The notes beneath the pieces were generated by a model. It did not search any database. It saw only the letters and a program-made list of their open reading frames with translations, and was not told the DNA's origin. A stretch of 36,646 bases of DNA from Barthelona sp. PAP020 (lineage: Eukaryota), in assembly GCA_040182905.1 (NCBI GenBank), contig JARQWU010000082.1:1-36646 (forward strand), read 5' to 3'. This document shows positions 28,934 to 36,646 of this stretch, one piece after another. How positions within the stretch are numbered: the first letter of the stretch is position 1; every line of letters starts with the position of its first letter. A program made the translations under genes and the position numbers.

Positions 28934-30874
28934 ATGAAGGGAAACAGATCAACTGGTGGCAATTCTCGATTTGGTGGATACAAAGGATCATCAAGATCAA
29001 GTAACAGAAGTAGTAGTTCCAGAAGCACAAAAGCAACGACTTCGGATTCACCAATTGAAAGTCCTTCTGATACATCAATGTTTAATTCAACACCTAATGC
29101 AGATGGAAATCTGCCAAAATCTGGATCAAAGGGAAAATTGAAAATTAATCGTTCAAGACCTGATTTGGAAACACCTCAACCTACTTTTGAGCAATTACCA
29201 ATTCTTAATGACGTACCTTCCAGTCAAAGAACAGCTCTATTTATCAAGAAATTAAAACAGGTCACTCAAATTATTGATTTCACTGCCAATAATGCATCCC
29301 AATCTTCTATTGATACAAAACGCAGAGATTTGGTTGATCTTTTAGATTATATTAACAGTAATTCAGGTGTATTCACAGAGAATGTATTTGTACCAATTTT
29401 ACGAATGGTTTCAACAAATATTTTTCGATCTTTGTATGTTTCACACATTGATGATGGAATTGCATATGATCCTGATGAAGATGAACCTGCATTAGATCCA
29501 GCGTGGGTACATCTTCAATTTGTTTATGAGTTTTTCTTGAGGTTCATTTTATCAAGAGATGTTGATCCTAAGATAGCAAAACGATATATATCTGGAAGAT
29601 TTATTTTTAATCTGATCCAATTGTTTCAATCTGAAGATCCCAGAGAAAGAGATTATTTAAAAACGATTCTGCATCGGTTATATGCTAAATTCATGTCACA
29701 TCGTTCTTTTATTCGGAAAGTTATGTATCAATCGTTTCTTATGTCTGTTTATGAGAACAGGGAAACTCCCGGAACATTGGAGTTGCTTGCTATTTTGGGA
29801 TCAATCATTAATGGGTTTGCTTTACCATTGAAAAAAGAACATCTCAACTTTTTATTCAATACATTGATTCCTTTAATGTCTACTCGTTTATTGCCCAGTT
29901 ACAAAGCACAGTTATCGTATTGCATTGTCCAATTTGTTGAAAAAGACCCTATGTTAGGACCTAAAGTCCTCTTAAAAGTGTTAAGTTATTGGCCCTTGAA
30001 TTATGATAGCAAAGAAAACATTTTTTTATCCTTACTGGAAGAACTATTTCAAACCATGTTTGGAAACCAAAAAGCCTTGCCTTTTGATGGGCTAAATGTA
30101 TCTTGTTCCAGTACGTTTCTGCGGGTTGCCACGGTGAAGCTGTCTAATCAAAGCGGAACCAATTTTACTAATGCAGAAAACGAATCTTTATTGGTAAGAG
30201 TTTTTAAAAGAATAGCAGAATGTGTCTGTTCTCCACATTTCCAGATCGCTGAGAGAGCTCTTTTTTTCCTTCAATTACCATGTGTAAAAAATTTGATTGA
30301 AGAACAAAGAAACGTCATTATGCCTATTTTATTTCCTCATTTGTATGTCAACACTAAACACCATTGGTCAGAGAATGTCAAGAATCTTACACTTTCAGTT
30401 TTGAAAAATTTCATGGAATCTGATGCAAATCTGTTTACAGTATGTTCAAACGATTATAAACAAGAAACAGATCAATATGTGAAACATCGCTCAAAACAAA
30501 AATCCAATTGGGCGGTTGTGAAAAAACAAGCAAAAGAAAACTTTGGAAAAATTCCAAAACAAATAAGACCCCAGAGTTTCATTTATAACACTTTCAGTTT
30601 GAATATGTTTGTTACTCCTGGACATATGCCATCCCAACCTTTATTACCAGAAACAGAAGACATTGAAGAAGTTGCTAGAGCAGAGTTTGACACTTCAGAT
30701 TTCTCTTCAATCACCAAACAGATCCATAATGCTTCCAAAAATATGGCTCAAAATAAGATCAGAAACAATCACATTCGAAGGAAATCAATTCTACCACAAG
30801 ATTTGGAAACGGCAGATCTTTTGAAACGACACAGGTCACTTGAAGATTTAATGAAATCTTCAAGTGTTATGTAA
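28934..30874 (+). CDS. PPP2R5: Protein phosphatase 2A regulatory subunit B' (B56)
   Basis: DPDEDEP.LDPAW.HLQ.VYEFFLRF, SEDPRERDYLKTILHR.Y, LGSIINGFALPLK.EH, SPHFQIAERAL and C-terminal RRKS.LP. Confidence 0.98.
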   Translation: MKGNRSTGGNSRFGGYKGSSRSSNRSSSSRSTKATTSDSPIESPSDTSMFNSTPNADGNLPKSGSKGKLKINRSRPDLETPQPTFEQLPILNDVPSSQRTALFIKKLKQVTQIIDFTANNASQSSIDTKRRDLVDLLDYINSNSGVFTENVFVPILRMVSTNIFRSLYVSHIDDGIAYDPDEDEPALDPAWVHLQFVYEFFLRFILSRDVDPKIAKRYISGRFIFNLIQLFQSEDPRERDYLKTILHRLYAKFMSHRSFIRKVMYQSFLMSVYENRETPGTLELLAILGSIINGFALPLKKEHLNFLFNTLIPLMSTRLLPSYKAQLSYCIVQFVEKDPMLGPKVLLKVLSYWPLNYDSKENIFLSLLEELFQTMFGNQKALPFDGLNVSCSSTFLRVATVKLSNQSGTNFTNAENESLLVRVFKRIAECVCSPHFQIAERALFFLQLPCVKNLIEEQRNVIMPILFPHLYVNTKHHWSENVKNLTLSVLKNFMESDANLFTVCSNDYKQETDQYVKHRSKQKSNWAVVKKQAKENFGKIPKQIRPQSFIYNTFSLNMFVTPGHMPSQPLLPETEDIEEVARAEFDTSDFSSITKQIHNASKNMAQNKIRNNHIRRKSILPQDLETADLLKRHRSLEDLMKSSSVM

Positions 30875-31353
30875 GAAGAAAGCGAAAAGAAAAGATATAA
30901 AAAGAAAAATAAGAGAGTGTTTCAATGTAAGTTAGCGTTTTTTCATGGTGTTATCACATTTTGCAATTTTTTGGAAAGCTTTTCTATTTTTTTTTTGCTA
31001 AAAAGAAAACAATATTACTGTTTTTTAGTCTTTCATGTATAAATAGGTTATTTTTTTACAATTTTCTTTTCACAATCCTTTATGTTGCTTTTTTTTTACT
31101 CTAATCACTTTTGAAGAACTCTATTCCACAATCATTCTTTTTTTTTAATCTAAAATAACAGATTTTTGAAAAAGCATGTATTAATCTTTTTCAAAAAAAT
31201 TGATGCAACAAATAATATGATAAGATGCTGTGAACTTGTTAACAAAATGTCTGATCAAATTTCAAAAACAGAAAAAAAAAGTTTTCCAAAAAAATATACA
31301 TAGAAATTTATTTTTTTGTTACAATTGATAAATTCACATTAATAACACTATAA

Positions 31354-31843
31354 TTACACTATAAAAGGCTTAATTTCTTCAAAGGACACCTTTTCTTTAT
31401 TTTCCATAAACGCAGAAATCTTTTTCATTTTCTCAAAATCCAAAGTCTCATCTCGACGTCCCAAATATGACAATAACTCCAAACAAAGAGAAGGTTTTAA
31501 GGTCGATGAATTGTCAGTTGCAAATACAGTGAAAACCAATTCAACGGTGCTTAATAATGAGGTTGTAGCTAAACCTAAAGAAAGAACAACAAATTCTGTA
31601 CAATTAATTTGTTCGGGATCAGAAAAATTACCAACTTGCAAAACAGATTCTGCAGTTGCAACAGGAATTTGTGCAGATTCACAAGCTCTTAAAATTTGAT
31701 GTTGTGTGAGATACGTAGAATTTGATACATCCATTGCTTTTAATTCATTATTTAATGTGATTAATTGTTGTGGGGAAATATCAGGTTCATATTGAGGAAA
31801 AGCTTCACGACCCAATGAAATATTGGCTAATTTTGCCCAATAA
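31354..31843 (-). CDS. ROPN1L: Ropporin-1-like / RSP11, exon 2
   Basis: In frame after splicing; EF-hand-like helical C-terminal half typical of ropporin-like proteins. Confidence 0.85.
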
Positions 31844-31881
31844 CTGTATAATTAGTATAAAAATAATTGTGAAAGAAATAC
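31844..31881 (-). other. 38-nt spliceosomal GT-AG intron
   Basis: GTATTT...TACTAATTATACAG; removal gives ...FCANYWAKLANISLGREAF, joining the two ORFs into 203 aa and completing the RIIa helix. Confidence 0.9.
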
Positions 31882-32003
31882 TTTGCACAAAAACGGACTA
31901 AATCTTTTGGTTGATTTTTAATTACTTCTTTTGAAAAAGTTTTCAAAATTGCTGGTAATTCTGGAGGTATTACAATTTGTTCAGAACAAAATATTCGATC
32001 CAT
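31882..32003 (-). CDS. ROPN1L: Ropporin-1-like / radial spoke protein 11 (RIIa domain), exon 1
   Basis: MDRIFCSEQIVIPPELPAILKTFSKEVIKNQPKDLVRFCA, matching the ropporin/RSP11 RIIa D/D domain. Confidence 0.9.
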
Positions 32004-32342
32004 AGACAAAATTGAAGAAAAAAAATTTAAAAAGAAAAGCAGTTGATTTCCATATATTCCAATTCAAATTCATTAAACTAAATGTAGCTATTTAATAAAT
32101 TAGAATCAATATTCAAAATTTAACGAAACAAACAAATGAAACAAATACATAAATAATTCCAATCAAATTTCACTGTTCGTTTGATTATTTCAAAAGAATA
32201 GTTAAATAACAAATATAAAACGTATTTACATATGAATAAAATGATTCAATCCAGAGACGAATGATTGTTTACAGCAATCATCAACTCTACTGTATAAATT
32301 CTTTATTAACAATCTTTCTTCTTTAACAATTTATTATGAAAA

Positions 32343-33761
32343 ATGACTAAATTTTTCAAAATATTTAACGGGAAACCGAGCATTCTCACCAAATTCATGG
32401 TATACTTTAGTTTCAGTATTTTTTTTATTTTTGGTTATGTTGAACATCACATTGAAAAAATAATAGCCTTTTTTACAAGACGACAAACAAACAGAAATAG
32501 TGAACTATTGACAGAGTTTGAGAATTTTTGGAGAAAACATCTTTACATACGAACTGCAGACAGATTTGGATTACCAATTGCTTCTTGTCCTTCTACATGG
32601 GTAGATGTATATGACCAAACAATTGATGAACGAACTAGAACTGTTACTAGTGAGAAATTTTCTGAAAGAAAACTGAATTTAGCTAGTTACAATTATTTAG
32701 GTTTTGGAGATAAAAATGGTGAAAACGTTTCCAAATCCCAACAAATTCTGCAGGAATATGGCAGTTCTCATAATTTTCCACGTTCTTTGATAGTGCCAAA
32801 AATGGTACTTGAATTAGAAAATGAAATTGCCAAGTTTTTGAATAAAGAAGCTGCTTTTGTTTGTGGTCAAGGATTTACAACAAATTCTGGGGTTATTGGT
32901 TGGCTTGTTGATAAAAATGATGTGATAATCTCTGATAGTTTAAATCATGCATCAATTGTTACGGGATGTCGAAGATCTAATTGTAAAAAGATTTTGAAGT
33001 TTCAGCACAATAATTTTACACATCTTGAAGAACTGATACGAAACACGATATTATTTGAAGAAAATGTCGAACGAATCCTAATAATTGTGGAGGGAATATA
33101 TTCAATGGAAGGAGATATTTGTCAATTGGACAAAATTATCCATCTTAAAAAAAAGTATAATTGCCTTTTGTTTATTGACGAAGCTCATTCCATTGGTGTT
33201 GTGGGAGAAAATGGTAAAGGTGTAGGCGAATATTATGACTGTTTGGATGATGTTGACATTTGCATGGGCACTTTTACCAAGAGTTTTGGTGCTGTGGGGG
33301 GATACATTGCGGGTGATAAGGGTGTGATTGATCATTTGAAAAAGTACTGTGAAGCATCGAATGAAGCCACTTGTATGTCTCCAGTTTGTGCAGCTATGGC
33401 TTTGTATTCTTTACAAGAAATCATCAATCCTCTCAAAGGAAAACAAAAAATTCAGCAAATTATTGAAAATGCCCACTATTTCAGAAATGAATTGGAGAAA
33501 ATGGGATTTCATATAATAGGTGATCAAGATAGTCCTGTTGTTCCACTAATGTTGTATTATCCTGCAAAAATTCCTGGGTTTGCAAGAGAATGTATGAAGA
33601 GAGGTTTGGCTGTTGTGGTAGTGGCTTATCCAGCAACTCCAGTTGTTTTAGGGCGAGTTAGATTTTGTCTCAGTTCAAACCATACAAAAGAAGACCTTGA
33701 TTTTGCTATTAACGTAATTGATGAAGTTGGTAATATCACATGCACAAAATATAACAATTGA
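32343..33761 (+). CDS. LCB2: Serine palmitoyltransferase catalytic subunit LCB2 (PLP-dependent AOS family)
   Basis: NLASYNYLGF, SDSLNHASI, VEGIYSMEG, IDEAHSIG, PLP-lysine motif GTFTKSFG, YPATP...RVRFCLS. Confidence 0.96.
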   Translation: MTKFFKIFNGKPSILTKFMVYFSFSIFFIFGYVEHHIEKIIAFFTRRQTNRNSELLTEFENFWRKHLYIRTADRFGLPIASCPSTWVDVYDQTIDERTRTVTSEKFSERKLNLASYNYLGFGDKNGENVSKSQQILQEYGSSHNFPRSLIVPKMVLELENEIAKFLNKEAAFVCGQGFTTNSGVIGWLVDKNDVIISDSLNHASIVTGCRRSNCKKILKFQHNNFTHLEELIRNTILFEENVERILIIVEGIYSMEGDICQLDKIIHLKKKYNCLLFIDEAHSIGVVGENGKGVGEYYDCLDDVDICMGTFTKSFGAVGGYIAGDKGVIDHLKKYCEASNEATCMSPVCAAMALYSLQEIINPLKGKQKIQQIIENAHYFRNELEKMGFHIIGDQDSPVVPLMLYYPAKIPGFARECMKRGLAVVVVAYPATPVVLGRVRFCLSSNHTKEDLDFAINVIDEVGNITCTKYNN

Positions 33762-34032
33762 GCTTGCAAGCTTCGAAACAATTCTAAAATGCTCACATTA
33801 GAAAGGAATTGTGAATTCAATACAAATATTCACTGCAATGTAAAAGAATAATATCTAACCCTTTTTTTGAAACATTATTTATCCAAAAACAAACACAAAG
33901 CACAATATTTACCTGCAAATCGATAGTGAAGGAAATCAATCAAAAACACAATTATCGACTCAAACATTTAAAAAAAAACGTTTTAACATAACCAAAAAAA
34001 ATTCATCAACCCATAAAACGTGTTGGAATGCT

Positions 34033-34368
34033 TCATAAATTATCATTTTTCAAAAAATCCAATTGTAAAGTTAATTCAGAGATAAAAGACTCCAACTCAA
34101 CAACTCTATCCTTTAGATAACTATTTTCTTTTTCTAATTTTTCATTTTCATTTGCATTTTCCAATAAAATTTGCTTCAACTTCAAAGTATAATTTTTAGT
34201 TTCAAATAGATGTGTATTTGATACAATTGATTCTTTAATTAGACTATTTTCTTTCTTCACAACAGAGTTTTCAACTAAATAATTCTTGATTGTTTCTTTT
34301 CTAGATTTCTTTCCAATAACCAAATTATAATCATTTTTAGACCTAGAAACTAAAGTTGGTCGTGTCAT
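34033..34368 (-). CDS. Small coiled-coil hypothetical protein
   Basis: 111 aa, ATG start, leucine heptads (ENEKLEKENSYLKDRVVELESFISELTLQL). Confidence 0.65.
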   Translation of the reverse strand: MTRPTLVSRSKNDYNLVIGKKSRKETIKNYLVENSVVKKENSLIKESIVSNTHLFETKNYTLKLKQILLENANENEKLEKENSYLKDRVVELESFISELTLQLDFLKNDNL

Positions 34369-34562
34369 ACCTCAAAAAAATCCCAGATATTTAAAAAAAC
34401 TGTGAAACAAAAAGTTACCTTTTTCTTTTTTCATACATCTCTTTTTTTATTCTTTTTAAAACTAATATTTTGCAATGTAATTTGTTGAATAACACAAGGA
34501 TCATAAAATAAATCAAATATTAACATTTTATTAAAAAAAAATATGTATATATGAACAGTTTA

Positions 34563-35562
34563 CTATCTATACTCTTGACAAAACCTTAATAATGGAGCAA
34601 ATTTTCTTCTCAAAGCAATATCATCCTTTAATTTAGGTTCAATAAAAGAATTGACTAACTCTAAAATCATCAATTGTGTTCTTTCAATTAAATCATTTTT
34701 ATACACGTCAAATTCTTCTAAATCCATTAAAGTGGACAATGCTTCCATTGAAATTTCCACCCAATTTGCCAAAAAGCAGTTTCTGTGCTTATAAACATGT
34801 TCAATCAATAAATCAACGATATCGTATTGAATCATGAGTTGCAGTGATTGATTCACGTCGAGTTCTTCAATTACTGATAACAATTCAAAAAAATAAACAG
34901 GAACTAACCCCTCTTGTGTCATGGCAATATCTCGTTCCAGTGAAACATCTATTTCATTGAACTTACAGATCAAATTTATGTGAGTGAATAAAACAGCAAA
35001 ATTGATTGTTGAAACAAATGATGGATACGTTAATAATGAGGAAAACAACATACCAATATTTTCCTCAAATGCAATCAAAAGCTGAATAACTTCTGTTGAA
35101 TGTACATCAAATCGATTAGCAATCGCTTTGATAAAAGAATTGAAATTATCATTAATTCTAGTTGGATGTCTCATCGCCTCTTTAAAATCTACCAACAAAT
35201 CTAAGATAATTTGGGTTTTATTACTGTTTCCAATACTATTTACCAAATCATTACACTGAACATCAAATAATTGACTATCAGGATACAAAACACTTTGAGT
35301 CCGAATATTACAAACTATTCTTCCTAAATAAATAATAAAAGGTATCATTTCAAACCAATTATCAGAAAATACCTCATAATATTCAATCTCTTGAATTAAA
35401 TCTTCCAAAGGTCTTTGTTTTGATAATTCAATATTTCCTTTCAATATTTCCTGTATAGAAGATTTGATTTTTGCCAATTTCAATTCAATTGTAATAAGAA
35501 TTTTCAAAAGAAAATTATTTGTTAAAATGTGAATTTTTGATTTGTCAGGAATGGCGAATTTT
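34563..35562 (-). CDS. Hypothetical alpha-helical (ARM/HEAT-like) protein; 5' end probably needs a micro-exon
   Basis: Frame is open from 35576 to the stop at 34563 with amphipathic helical pattern; no ATG in the first ~75 codons. Confidence 0.7.
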
Positions 35563-36192
35563 CTTTTATTTTTTGTTCAAAGTGAACTACATCATTGAAA
35601 TGGATATGAATTGTTTTTCAAAGAACAATATATTTTTAAACCATTTAACTCATATTTTATTATCAGTTCAAGAACCACTGTCTTTATAAATTAATCAAAA
35701 TACCTAATCTCTATTTGGCCAAACCTCTTTGAAGCTGAAATTTCAATGCTAATGTTCAAAAACTGCCTGTACAACTGAAATCATATTCTGTTCATAAATC
35801 GCCCAAAATAATTAATTTCCCTCAATTTTTTGAAATTTTGTACAAGCAGATTTTTGGACAACGGTTGGCTTGATTCAAACAGAAACTCAATTGGTTCAAA
35901 TTGGATGAACACATCTCCACTTACAAAAACCAGATTTATTGCTGGGAAGAAGAAACCGATATTCAGCACAGGTTGATTGATTTTTACAAATTTTATGCTT
36001 GAAACGAGGAAAATAGCAAAATTATACCTAATTTGAGCTTGAATTCATAGATAGTGGGTAAAATGAGACTTCAGGCGTTCATCAAAAGACAAAACTGTTT
36101 TGAAAAATTTGATTTAATCGCACAATGAACTTCATGAGGCTTCATGAAGAGGGAAGGAGGTTGTATGTTGTCAAAATAAGATAAATTAATCC

Positions 36193-36226
36193 AGTTGTGA
36201 AACAACTATATTTATTTACAAAGAAA
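36193..36226 (+). repeat. 34-nt direct repeat, copy 1
   Basis: AGTTGTGAAACAACTATATTTATTTACAAAGAAA, identical to 36555-36588. Confidence 0.97.
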
Positions 36227-36253
36227 GTAAACTCAGAAAACCCATTCTAGCAG

Positions 36254-36352
36254 ATTTCAGTCATAATCCCAGGAGGGGAATTGAGGGACTGAAATGTAAT
36301 TGGAACGATCAAGTAGGAGAATTTTGGAAAAATTCTCCATTCCTATTTTTTT
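36254..36352 (+). ncRNA. Candidate Pol III-type small RNA (partly U6-like)
   Basis: 5' stem ATTTCAGTC/GACTGAAAT, then AATTGGAACGAT, a 10-bp hairpin and a T7 run, downstream of the repeated TATA-like module. Confidence 0.3.
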
Positions 36353-36554
36353 GAATTGTTGCAAAAGCAAAATTTTAAAGTTTGAACTTTACCTTAGAAA
36401 ATCTAAAGTTTTTCAACAGATCAATCGAGCCTCGAAAGCCTTTAACCAAATAAAAACTATTCCTTTTTGTTCACTCATACCCACAGTGCTTCTTGGCTTG
36501 AAAATAATGGAAAAATTCAGAATAGTTTACTCTTCAATTTAAAAATTTTGGTCA

Positions 36555-36588
36555 AGTTGTGAAACAACTATATTTATTTACAAAGAAA
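36555..36588 (+). repeat. 34-nt direct repeat, copy 2
   Basis: Exact copy 362 nt downstream of copy 1; degenerate similarity continues to the window end. Confidence 0.97.
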
Positions 36589-36646
36589 AAGTGATCAGAG
36601 AAAACTCATTTCATTAAATCTCAGCCACAGAAAATGAGTGGCTGCA

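Noticed and set aside
34371..34434. Upstream exon MKKEK plus 48-nt intron for the 34033-34368 gene
   Set aside because: In frame, but the acceptor is GAG with no branch motif, and the ORF already has its own ATG.
956..35507. Genome-wide stop codon reassignment
   Set aside because: Conserved genes end correctly at TAA (RPL30), TAG (TFIIF beta) and TGA (LCB2), and multi-kb ORFs contain no internal stops.
35545..35595. Box C/D snoRNA (ATGATGT...CTGA, minus strand)
   Set aside because: Imperfect box C, only ~50 nt, no convincing rRNA guide, overlaps a likely coding frame.
36193..36588. CRISPR array
   Set aside because: Only two repeats 362 nt apart, no cas genes, eukaryotic context.

Overview
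AT-rich, gene-dense, nearly intron-free eukaryotic nuclear DNA using the standard code (TAA, TAG and TGA all end genes). A radial-spoke/ropporin gene, a 38-nt intron with branch point fused to the 3' splice site, and an eroded mitochondrial carrier suggest a flagellated protist, plausibly a metamonad-like anaerobe (inference). Contents: possible DEAD-box helicase 5' end, tRNA-Glu(TTC), a myristoylation-type Ser/Thr kinase, a divergent SLC25 carrier, UTP20, RPL30, a DEK1-like multi-TM pseudo-calpain, TFIIF beta, a giant DIS3L2-like RNB exonuclease, PP2A B56, ROPN1L/RSP11, serine palmitoyltransferase LCB2, and several hypothetical proteins. The most unusual signals are a duplicated, hairpin-rich non-coding module at the right end (34-nt exact repeat, compensatory stem changes, a U6-like 12-mer and a T7 run), a GC-rich ncRNA-like island beside the tRNA, the catalytically eroded membrane calpain, and the large insertions in DIS3L2. 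All protein calls come from motif recognition by eye; no database search was run.
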